This document shows positions 23,646-32,413 of a DNA stretch of 42,546 nucleotides, in pieces. The number at the start of each line of letters is the position of its first letter. Positions within the stretch are counted from its first letter, which is position 1. The DNA comes from Candidatus Iainarchaeum sp. (GTDB lineage: Archaea; Iainarchaeota; Iainarchaeia; Iainarchaeales; JAZDDZ01). Position numbers and translations under genes: made by a program. A model generated the notes under the pieces. That model saw only the letters and a list, made by a program, of their open reading frames with translations, did no database searches and was not told where the DNA came from. The stretch lies in the NCBI GenBank assembly GCA_043809245.1, contig JAZDDZ010000044.1:1-42546 (forward strand). The letters are read 5' to 3'.

Positions 23646-26600
23646 ATGGATTTACTTAAAGAAATAAAGGAAATAGTCAGCACGTCGCTGCCTGAAGAGG
23701 CGCGCGTTACATCAGTGGACCTTGAAGGGCCGGAGGTTGCGGTTTACACCAAGAACCCAAAGGCTTTCTTTGAGAACGAAAACTTTGTGGCAAAGCTTGC
23801 ATTTGACTTGAAGAAAAGGGTTAACATCAGAACAGACAAAAGCCTGCTTATCCCAGAGGAAGAGGCAAAGAAAAAAATAGAGGAAATTCTGCCAGCTGAC
23901 GCCGGAGTAAAGGACATCCAATTCAATCCCGCTTTCTCGGAAGTCGTAATCGAGGCAATAAAGCCAGGCCTGGTTATAGGCAAGGGCGGGGAAACAAGCA
24001 AAAAAATCATACTTGAGACTGGATGGACGCCGAATATTTTAAGGGCCCCCACGACCCCCTCTGAAATACTGAAGGGAATAAGGCATCACTTGCACAAGTA
24101 CAGCGCGGAGAGGAAAAAAATACTGCAGGAAACCGCGAAAAAAATTTACGAGGAAAGGGACGGCAAAAGCAACGGCTGGATTAGGATGACTGCATTGGGC
24201 GGATACCGCGAAGTTGGAAGAAGCTGCATGCTCGTGGAAACAAGGGACACAAAAATCATAATGGATTGTGGAATAAACGTTGCAAACAGCGATGAGCCAT
24301 ATCCCTATCTTGACGCAATAAGGTTTCCAATAAACGAATTGGATGCAATAATCATCAGCCACGCGCACTTGGACCACTCTGGTTTCACCCCGTACCTTTT
24401 CAAGCTTGGCTATCGTGGGCCAGTATATTGCACTGCCCCAACCCGAGACCTGATGGCTTTGCTGCAGTTCGACTACATTGATGTTTTGCTTAAAGAGGGA
24501 AAAGAGCCGCCTTACAGTGAAAGGGATGTAAAGGAAATGGTAAAGTACTGCATTACAAGGGAATACCGGGAAGTCACGGATATTGCGCCGGACATGAGGT
24601 TAACGTTCCATAACGCTGCGCACATTCTTGGAAGCGCTTCAGTTCACTTGCACATGGGTGAGGGGGCGCACAACCTTGTTTATTCTCTGGACCACAAAGT
24701 GCCTGTAACAATTATAGATAAACACAACAATGTGCATACTGAAGAAATCGGGAAATTGGTTGACAGGGAGATTAAAAAATTTGGAGTTAGTGACGGCTAT
24801 GTTGATGAAGCGGCTAACCTTTCCGGCTGGAAAACCATAGCCTTCAACCCGTTAACGTTAAAGGCGGAAAAAGTCGAGATAACTTCTTTTGTTAGGCATC
24901 CAATCAACGAGGACTTGTTTGAGATTAAAACCAAAAGCGGCAGGAAAACCATTGTTACAGGTTCGCACAGCGTTTTTACTGTTAAAGACGGAATAGTTAC
25001 AGATATTATGGCAAAGGATTTAACACTTGGCGATTACATTGTTGGCTTAAGAAGGCTTAACATAAAAGCCGAAAAACCGATAATTTCGTTGCCTCAAAAT
25101 AAGTTTGCGGTAAAATTAAATGGCGAAAAATTGGAAACCCGCTTGAATGAGACCTATGAAAAGATAAAGAAACGTTTTCCAGATATGGAAAATAAGCTAA
25201 TGTGCTGGGCAAGAGAGCATCTGGAAAACGGCTTGTATGAAAATGCAATTGCCAAAAAGTACAATGCAAGCAGGAAAACTGTAAGAAAATACTTTAAAGA
25301 ATTAGGAATACAAAAAAATCTCCGCAGAGGCACGCTTTTTGCTTCCCAAATCGAAATAAAAAAGGATTTTGCGCGTTTTTTGGGATACTTTGTGTCTGAA
25401 GGTAGCACGAATAAAAACACAGTAATAATTACGCAGTACGATAAGAAAATGCTTGAGGATTCTATCCGGATTATTGAATGTAATTTTGGAATTAAGGGCA
25501 AGATAGTTAGAAATGAAGCACAGTTTTATTCCAAACAGCTGGCATTACTGCTTAAGGAAGTGCTGGCTTGCGGGAATAATGCGCATGCCAAAAGAGCGCC
25601 AAGGCAAATAATGCTTGCTGAAGAAGATGTTATCGCAGAATTTTTGAAGGGGTGCTTTTTAGGCGATGGGTGTTTCATAAAAAAGCCTAAAGGCATGTAT
25701 GTGAACTGTACCTCTAAGAGCAAATTTTTGATTCAGGAAATTGGATTTTTGCTATTGCGAATTGGAATAGCGGCAACATTCACCTATAACAAATCAATTA
25801 GAATGCATAACCTCAACATTTATGGGCAAGAACAGTTAGACCGATTTTTCAAGTTTATTAGTATTGAAAAATGGGAAAATAAATACCGGGCGCATAAGTA
25901 CGCGTATAAAAAAAGTTGTTTTGCAGACAGAATTCCAATATCGGCATTAAGCCAGCAGACACAAGAGACGTTTAATTTAAGTTCGTACAGAGCAGCTAAA
26001 TCATGCAGTACAGCAATGCTTCTACGTTCAAGCCAAAATACTTTGGAGAAAAAACTTGTTGAATCGGACTTACTGTTTGATGAAATAAACAGCATTAGAA
26101 AGGTACGTTCCAGCAGCAAATATGTGTATGATTTTAGTGTAACAGGCTATGAGAATTTTTTAGGCGGTTCAGGGCACCTATTCATGCATAACACCGGTGA
26201 CTTCAAGTACGGTTTCACAAGGCTGTTCAACAACATTGACATGCAGTACCCGAGGCTTGAAACGCTTATAATTGAAAGCACTTACGGTTCAAGGGACGAC
26301 ATAATGCCGCAAAGGCAGGAAGCAGAGGAAATCCTTTTGGAAGTGATAAGGGAGGCAACCGAAAGGGGAGGCAATGTCCTTATACCTGTGTTTGCGGTTG
26401 GAAGGGCACAGGAAATAATGCTTGTAATAGAGAACTTTTACCGCAGGGGATTGATTGACGCAAAAGTCTTTGTTGACGGAATGACAAGGGAGGCAAGCGC
26501 AATTCACACCGCTTACCCTGAGTACCTAAGGGAAATAGTGCAGAGAAGGGTGCTGACAAATGATTCTCCTTTCACTTCAGATGCATTCCAGGTCATAGAC

Positions 26601-27044
26601 CCCCAAAACCGCGACGCAGTATTGAATGAAAAGAAGGCAATAATCATCAGTTCCTCGGGAATGCTTACAGGCGGCCCGGCAGTTTATTACTTTAACAAGA
26701 TGGCAGAAGACCCCTTGAATACGCTTATTTTTGTGGGCTATCAGGGAGAAGGCTCGCAGGGAAGAAAAATTCAGTCAGGGCTGCGTTCAATGCCAGTGAA
26801 TGTCAACGGAAAGACAAGGGAGTTACACATAAAGATGCAGGTGGAGACAGTTGAAGGTTTCAGTGGGCATTCAGATTTTATGCAGCTTGCAAATTATGTA
26901 AGGAACCTAAAGCCCAAGCCAAAGAAAGTCATAGTAGACCACGGCGACCAGTCAAAGACAGTTGAATTCGCGAAATTCCTTGCAAACAAGTTCAAATTGA
27001 ACTGCACTGCGCCAAGAGACCTGGATTCGCTAAGGCTGAAATAA
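23646..27044 (+). CDS. aCPSF1-type beta-CASP/metallo-beta-lactamase RNase with N-terminal KH domains, intein-containing (extein ~630 aa, intein 503 aa)
   Basis: KH motif VIGKGGE. MBL motifs HAHLDHSG and AAHILGSA, then ..HNLVY|intein|TGDFKYG.. and the beta-CASP C-terminus (..GFSGHSD..VDHGD). Confidence 0.85.
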   Translation: MDLLKEIKEIVSTSLPEEARVTSVDLEGPEVAVYTKNPKAFFENENFVAKLAFDLKKRVNIRTDKSLLIPEEEAKKKIEEILPADAGVKDIQFNPAFSEVVIEAIKPGLVIGKGGETSKKIILETGWTPNILRAPTTPSEILKGIRHHLHKYSAERKKILQETAKKIYEERDGKSNGWIRMTALGGYREVGRSCMLVETRDTKIIMDCGINVANSDEPYPYLDAIRFPINELDAIIISHAHLDHSGFTPYLFKLGYRGPVYCTAPTRDLMALLQFDYIDVLLKEGKEPPYSERDVKEMVKYCITREYREVTDIAPDMRLTFHNAAHILGSASVHLHMGEGAHNLVYSLDHKVPVTIIDKHNNVHTEEIGKLVDREIKKFGVSDGYVDEAANLSGWKTIAFNPLTLKAEKVEITSFVRHPINEDLFEIKTKSGRKTIVTGSHSVFTVKDGIVTDIMAKDLTLGDYIVGLRRLNIKAEKPIISLPQNKFAVKLNGEKLETRLNETYEKIKKRFPDMENKLMCWAREHLENGLYENAIAKKYNASRKTVRKYFKELGIQKNLRRGTLFASQIEIKKDFARFLGYFVSEGSTNKNTVIITQYDKKMLEDSIRIIECNFGIKGKIVRNEAQFYSKQLALLLKEVLACGNNAHAKRAPRQIMLAEEDVIAEFLKGCFLGDGCFIKKPKGMYVNCTSKSKFLIQEIGFLLLRIGIAATFTYNKSIRMHNLNIYGQEQLDRFFKFISIEKWENKYRAHKYAYKKSCFADRIPISALSQQTQETFNLSSYRAAKSCSTAMLLRSSQNTLEKKLVESDLLFDEINSIRKVRSSSKYVYDFSVTGYENFLGGSGHLFMHNTGDFKYGFTRLFNNIDMQYPRLETLIIESTYGSRDDIMPQRQEAEEILLEVIREATERGGNVLIPVFAVGRAQEIMLVIENFYRRGLIDAKVFVDGMTREASAIHTAYPEYLREIVQRRVLTNDSPFTSDAFQVIDPQNRDAVLNEKKAIIISSSGMLTGGPAVYYFNKMAEDPLNTLIFVGYQGEGSQGRKIQSGLRSMPVNVNGKTRELHIKMQVETVEGFSGHSDFMQLANYVRNLKPKPKKVIVDHGDQSKTVEFAKFLANKFKLNCTAPRDLDSLRLK
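24684..26192 (+). mobile_element. Intein with LAGLIDADG homing-endonuclease domain inside aCPSF1 (Ser1 ... His-Asn, +1 Thr)
   Basis: Starts SLDHKVPVTIID and ends ..GHLFMHN followed by TGDFK. LAGLIDADG motifs FLGYFVSEGST and FLKGCFLGDGC. 1509 nt, in frame. Inserted immediately before the MBL motif-4 Asp. Confidence 0.8.
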
Positions 27045-27548
27045 ACCTGTTTAAAAGGCAAGAAACGCCAAATATACATAAGGCTGTTTTTTGCCTGAAA
27101 AAAAAGGAAACAATCTCTTGTTCAAATACAAAATATACATAAGAAAAAAGCCTTTTTAGGGCTCTATTTTGCCTTTTCAGCAATTAACAATCCACATATA
27201 ATAAACAGAGGCGTTAACTGCCTCCGTTTTACCGAAAAGTATATTAATGGGTTAGGTTATTATCTTAGTGCTCTAAAGGGGTGCTTTAATGAAAACCACT
27301 GGAAAAGGCAAAAACCTTCTTTCATCTTCATCCAATGAAAATGAAAGCCTTTGGATTGAATTAAGCAACTGCTTGGAGCAAGGTGGGAAGAAGTTAACTG
27401 ATTCCGCTATTGCTTTAAATAAAAGGTTTGAATGTAGGCACTAGAAATCGGTTTTCACCCCTTAATTTTTCCCACCTCTCATTCTTTTCTTTTCCCTAGC
27501 TTTACCCTCTGCTTTTGGCTTTTATTCCTTATGCAGCACAATCTTTGG

Positions 27549-28085
27549 ATGCGCATACTGATAACCGGCACCCCTGGAGTGGGAAAAACTTCAGCGGCAA
27601 AGCTGTTGGGGAAGAGGTTAGGCCTGCCTGTAATCAATGAAAGGGAATTTGCGCTGCAAAAGGGGAACAAAAAGCGAAAATTATACGAATGGGATGAAAA
27701 AAACAAGGAAATCGTGCTACATGAAAAGGAACTGCAAAAGGAACTGAACAAAGAGCTTCTACATAAGAAGAATTGTGTTTTAGAAGGCCATGTTTTATGC
27801 GAATTAAAGCTGAAAGTCAACTGGGTTGTGCTGTTAAGGCTGCATCCATCAGTGCTTGAATTCCGCCTGGAGCAAAGGGGTTATGCCGCGGAAAAGTTAA
27901 TGGACAATGTTTTCTGCGAGGGAATTGACTACTGCAGGAAGCACGTGCGCAGAAACTATGCCAAAAGCAAAATAATCGAAATAGACTGCCTTGGGAAAAC
28001 AATTAAAGAAGTAACTGATGAAATAATATTGGCTTTGTATAAAAAAAGCCGCGCGCGAAAAAAGCGCAAAGGGGTGAAAAAATGA
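27549..28085 (+). CDS. Fap7/AK6-type putative adenylate kinase (ribosome-biogenesis NTPase)
   Basis: MRILITGTPGVGKTS (P-loop), ..VLEGHVLCEL.., ..LRLHPSVLEFRLEQRGY.. are typical of archaeal Fap7 homologs. Confidence 0.7.
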   Translation: MRILITGTPGVGKTSAAKLLGKRLGLPVINEREFALQKGNKKRKLYEWDEKNKEIVLHEKELQKELNKELLHKKNCVLEGHVLCELKLKVNWVVLLRLHPSVLEFRLEQRGYAAEKLMDNVFCEGIDYCRKHVRRNYAKSKIIEIDCLGKTIKEVTDEIILALYKKSRARKKRKGVKK

Positions 28086-29389
28086 GGAGCGCTTTGCCTT
28101 TACTATTTGTGTTAGCGTTGCTTTTTGTGTCATTTGCGGGCTTTGCTTCGGCCAAGCCATTGCAGGAAAAAACCCTAAACGAATTGTCCGCGCAGGAACT
28201 CTTAGCGGATGGCGTGGAACAGGAAAAATGCTCAACAATTTACTTCCAAGCGGATACTGGCGGAGATGAACGGGTTTTCACTGCCTTTTCAATGCACGCG
28301 GAATTTTTTCCGCAAATTTCAAGGCACGCGAAAGTTTCCTTCACGCTTAATGACGAGGTAGCGCCTTTCAAAGAGATTGACGGAAGGGACATGCAGAACA
28401 ACTGGTTCAGGTTGGTCATGCCAAGGGAAGCCGTAAAGGAAGGCACTAATTCCCTTGAAGTATGCTTTAAAACAGGCGGGGAAACAACGCAGATGATCCT
28501 GCGCAAGGATTCAAAAATCGGCGCATATTATTTGCCTGACTTTTCAGTTGAAGGAGCTTTCACCAAAACAACTGAAAGCGATTCGCCCTTGATTGGAAAG
28601 GAATTCGAGGTAGCTGTTTCATTGAAAAACTTCGGAAGCGAGGACGCGCTTGTCGAAGTGGCATACCTTGACGATTCCTTTGAGGAATACATGACGGAAA
28701 TCCAGCTCATAAAGGTTTTGAGCGGGAACTCGAAAATCAATGCACTGGTTCCGGCTTACAATTTTGAAACAAAAACACCGGGTGAAGAAGAATTGAAGTT
28801 CCAGGTGCAGGGAAAACGCGCAGTGCAGATGACGCTGCTGCCTGCAGTGCTCAGCTACAACACCTCAGCTTATTTTGGCGATGACATAAATTTCACTGAG
28901 AGGATTAAATCGACGCGCCCCACAATTAAGGTGCGCAACCCGGAAGTGAAAATCAGGCCCTATATTTTAAGCGAAGGCGAAATAAAAAAAATAGGGGAAA
29001 CAAACGAAGTCCAGATTGCATTAAAGAACGAGGGCGTTGATGAGGCGACAAACATTGCCGTCTCGGTTTCAGCACAGCCGGGGCTGGACGTTGGGGGGCA
29101 GCAGGAACAGCTTGTCTCTGTTATTGCCCCAAAGGAAACAAAGTACTTAGAATTCAGCGCTTCAGCGCAGCAGCCTGGAAGCTATAATGTGGGATGCGAA
29201 ATCGTTAGCCAAGATTACGAGCTTGTGAAAATCACATGCACTCCTGCAAGGCTTACATTTGAGGGCACGGGTTTAAGCCCGACGCTGATTGCTGCAGCAG
29301 TGTTTATCATCATTGGCTTGGCCGTTTACCTCTTCATTATTTACAGCGGGGAAAAAACGCCTTCAAGCCCGCTGGAAGGGAAAAAATAA
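28082..29389 (+). CDS. Secreted protein with N-terminal signal peptide and C-terminal transmembrane anchor, function unknown
   Basis: MRSALPLLFVLALLFVSFAGFASA signal. C-terminal LIAAAVFIIIGLAVYLFIIY TM then a basic tail. Start overlaps the Fap7 stop (ATGA). Confidence 0.6.
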   Translation: MRSALPLLFVLALLFVSFAGFASAKPLQEKTLNELSAQELLADGVEQEKCSTIYFQADTGGDERVFTAFSMHAEFFPQISRHAKVSFTLNDEVAPFKEIDGRDMQNNWFRLVMPREAVKEGTNSLEVCFKTGGETTQMILRKDSKIGAYYLPDFSVEGAFTKTTESDSPLIGKEFEVAVSLKNFGSEDALVEVAYLDDSFEEYMTEIQLIKVLSGNSKINALVPAYNFETKTPGEEELKFQVQGKRAVQMTLLPAVLSYNTSAYFGDDINFTERIKSTRPTIKVRNPEVKIRPYILSEGEIKKIGETNEVQIALKNEGVDEATNIAVSVSAQPGLDVGGQQEQLVSVIAPKETKYLEFSASAQQPGSYNVGCEIVSQDYELVKITCTPARLTFEGTGLSPTLIAAAVFIIIGLAVYLFIIYSGEKTPSSPLEGKK

Positions 29390-29587
29390 AAGTGGAAAAA
29401 AATGCCGATAATTCCGCTAAGATTCAGGGGATACATTGAAAGGATTCCCTGGCCCGGGAAAGTCAGGCAAACTCAAAAATCGCAGAAACCCCCGGAAAGG
29501 CCTCCGAAAAAGCAGCATGAAAAAATGCCTGATGAAAAAACAAGAAAAACAGGAACAACAATTGACCTAAAAGGCTGAAATCTCTAA

Positions 29588-32365
29588 TCAACTGCTGAAC
29601 TGCAGCACTCCTGTGGAATTTGTGCTAACGGTCTTATTCTGCGCGGTTCCTGTTGTCTGGTTTTTTATTTCAATGTCGTATGCCTTGCTTGCCTCCAACC
29701 CGTTAACTGTGTTGTTCACTGTTGTCGTTGCGCTGTACTGGTAAATCAGATTCTGCTGCAAGCATGTGTTGATTGTTCCCCCTGCAATTGAAATAGTGCA
29801 GGGTGTTGAAATGTTGACTGTGCACTGCAGCGCGGGAGTGCAGGAATTTGTTTGCCAGGAGCCATTGCAGCAGTAACCCGAGTCAACTATTCCTGTGCAT
29901 GCTGATGGATTTGGTGCAGAGCATTCTGGCGAAGCTGAACTGTTTCCGCAGTAGCATGTGCCGACGTTTTCTGGTGTGATTTCCACTCCGTTTTGGCATG
30001 GTTCAGGACCAATGTATGTGGTGCTTACAATGAAATCGTCCCACCATATTTGTTTTTCTTCTGGTGGTGACCATGGAACGTCCAAAGAGCCTCCGCCGCC
30101 GTCGTAGATTATGTTGTCGCTCAGCGTGACATTGTTGAAATGCCCTTCCGCAGACCTGAGGCTTATGCCGCTAACATCAAAGATTTTTTTTCCATTAATC
30201 CATGAAGCCGCTCTCCCGTCATTCAGCCCTACTGTGTTGAGTTTTAAGTAATCCTCTATTAGTATCCACACACCTCCATTGTAATCATACCATGTTGCGC
30301 CTTTTTCGTTGTCAGGGTAAATTGATTGATCATTGTAGGGAATTGTCCTGTAAACCATTCGCCCCCAACTCCATCCCGGAATATTGTAAGCTCGCCCTCC
30401 GGATGGCAAATCCGCGCAAGCCTGTGAATCTGTGAGAGATTTAATGCGCATTAATTTGTGTATGTTTTGGTTTGGCCACCAAGCCCAATCCACGGCGTAT
30501 TTTACATAATAACGGAAATAGAGTTCGTCGTGGTCCTTTTCAGGAAGCCATGCAGTCATTCCTCCAGATGGTTCCTGCCCTCCTTCTATATTTACCTGCA
30601 TGCACCCGCTGTCAAGCCTGCCGCTATGGTTGATTATTTGTTCAGTAGGGAGTCCATAATTACTCCAAGGCCTGAACTGGCACCATTCGCTTCCTTCAGG
30701 CCTGCATGATGTAATGCTGTCACCTAACTCGCATAAAACATCAGGTTTGGGATTAATATTCTTCCAATTCTCAAAATGGTCCTCGAAAATCACTCCCGCC
30801 CCTGGCAAAGAGCAGCTTTGCGTTTCCACTGGCTTGTTGTTTGTTGTTCCGCATGCGGCTAAATCAGTGCAGGTTCTTGTTTGTGTTCCTCCAGAGCATG
30901 CACTCCATGCCGTGCAGCTCCATGTTTCTGTGCAGCTTGTCGTTGAACTGTTGTAGTCGCAGTGTTTTGTTGCTCCGTAGATTGGGTCTCCGAAAACTGA
31001 GTTGCTGCATGAAACCGAGTTAGTGTAAGTGCCATAGGCGTATGTGTTGTTTGCTCCGTATCTGACCTGCCTTGTTCCGGAAAAACTGCATGTTTGCCCT
31101 TCGTTTGCACAAAAAGTCCAGCCACTGGTTGCAGTATTGTTCACTGTCACGTTAACTGTTGTGCTTGTTGCAGTGTTTCCGCTTGCATCCCTTGCAGTTG
31201 CAGTCAATGCATGTGAAGCATTTGAAGCCGTAGTCGTATTCCATGAAAAAGAGTAAGGCGCGCTTGTGTCCTCGCTTCCCAGATTGCTTCCGTCTAATTT
31301 GAATTGCACTCCAGCCACTCCAACATTATCCGAAGCGTTCGCTGTAACGCTAATTGTGCCTGAAACTGTTTGCTCTGAAGTGGGAGAGGTAATGGAAACT
31401 GTGGGTAGAGTAGTATCACTTGTCCCGCTTGGGCTCCAAACACCATTATTGCAGTAACCCGAGTCAACTATTCCCGTGCATGCTGTTGTGTTTGTTGCAT
31501 TGCAGTCTGGGTTCGGCGCAGTGGTTCCGCAGTAGCAGGTTCCGACATTTTCAGGGGTGATTTCAATACCGTTCGGGCAGGGCTCCGGGCCTAAATATGT
31601 GGTGCTGACTTTTACGTCGTCGTGCCTGACCCACCATTCGTTTGGCGATATTCCAACCAATGCCTGGTTGTTGGTGTTGTCGCCTATATTGAAATGGTCA
31701 ATTAATAATTGTTGCTGGCCAACATAACTGATATTGTTGTATGTTTGGCGTAGCTTTCCATTGAACCAAACCTGCAGTATTCCGTTGTTCTGCCCTATCG
31801 TATTATTTTTAAAGCGAAATTCAATTTCATACCATTTTCCCGCGCCGAATTCTGAAAAGTAAACAGGATTGGCGGGGTCACTCAAAATTGTTCCTGCGCC
31901 TGCACCCGCGCCAGTGTATAGCCGGGGGGGCATCCATGCCCAGTCAGGGATAGTTACATAACTAGTTCCAGGGTCATTCTGGAAATTCCAGTAAAATCTT
32001 GCCATTTTGTAAAAAGTAAGGTTTTGCCAAACCCACCTATTGTCAAACTTCACATACCACCTAAAGTAAAGCTCGGAATTGCCGGGCAAATTCTTATTCA
32101 AATGCCCTGACGGTTCCCCCCGATCCTCGTAATTCACCTGAAAACAACCCGAATTCATTCTACCGCAGGAACTCCCAAAAATCTGCGCATCAGGCAAACC
32201 ATAAGCGCTCCAATCAGGAGACGTTCCCCAATTCGGAGCTGCTGTACCCATCTGAGAATCCCAGTAAGGCGAACCATCAAAATCATCCTGGAAAATAATT
32301 GCGGCCGAAGCTGTCTGCATTAACGCTATTGCAAGAATTAAAGCCAAAACGATTTTTCCATTCAT
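29588..32365 (-). CDS. Paralog of the 7750-10557 secreted Cys-rich multi-module surface protein (inverted orientation)
   Basis: The first ~520 aa are ~90% identical to the 7750-10557 product (exact nucleotide runs up to 29 bp). The second jelly-roll module is divergent. The C-terminal Cys-rich tail and the ..LQFSS* ending are conserved. Confidence 0.7.
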   Translation of the reverse strand: MNGKIVLALILAIALMQTASAAIIFQDDFDGSPYWDSQMGTAAPNWGTSPDWSAYGLPDAQIFGSSCGRMNSGCFQVNYEDRGEPSGHLNKNLPGNSELYFRWYVKFDNRWVWQNLTFYKMARFYWNFQNDPGTSYVTIPDWAWMPPRLYTGAGAGAGTILSDPANPVYFSEFGAGKWYEIEFRFKNNTIGQNNGILQVWFNGKLRQTYNNISYVGQQQLLIDHFNIGDNTNNQALVGISPNEWWVRHDDVKVSTTYLGPEPCPNGIEITPENVGTCYCGTTAPNPDCNATNTTACTGIVDSGYCNNGVWSPSGTSDTTLPTVSITSPTSEQTVSGTISVTANASDNVGVAGVQFKLDGSNLGSEDTSAPYSFSWNTTTASNASHALTATARDASGNTATSTTVNVTVNNTATSGWTFCANEGQTCSFSGTRQVRYGANNTYAYGTYTNSVSCSNSVFGDPIYGATKHCDYNSSTTSCTETWSCTAWSACSGGTQTRTCTDLAACGTTNNKPVETQSCSLPGAGVIFEDHFENWKNINPKPDVLCELGDSITSCRPEGSEWCQFRPWSNYGLPTEQIINHSGRLDSGCMQVNIEGGQEPSGGMTAWLPEKDHDELYFRYYVKYAVDWAWWPNQNIHKLMRIKSLTDSQACADLPSGGRAYNIPGWSWGRMVYRTIPYNDQSIYPDNEKGATWYDYNGGVWILIEDYLKLNTVGLNDGRAASWINGKKIFDVSGISLRSAEGHFNNVTLSDNIIYDGGGGSLDVPWSPPEEKQIWWDDFIVSTTYIGPEPCQNGVEITPENVGTCYCGNSSASPECSAPNPSACTGIVDSGYCCNGSWQTNSCTPALQCTVNISTPCTISIAGGTINTCLQQNLIYQYSATTTVNNTVNGLEASKAYDIEIKNQTTGTAQNKTVSTNSTGVLQFSS

Positions 32366-32387
32366 TTCGTTAAAATTGATGCGCTAA

Positions 32388-32399
32388 GTAGTATATATT
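32388..32399 (-). promoter_or_regulatory. TATA-box-like element (reverse strand aatatatactac) ~26 bp upstream of the paralog start
   Basis: Same tatact-type motif and spacing as upstream of 7750. Confidence 0.3.
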
Positions 32400-32413
32400 C
32401 GTTGTCGTGGCGT

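Noticed and set aside
27070-27143. Possible CRISPR or tandem repeat (aaatatacataag twice)
   Set aside because: Only two short copies with no regular spacer structure and no nearby cas genes. Kept only as a possible promoter-like motif.
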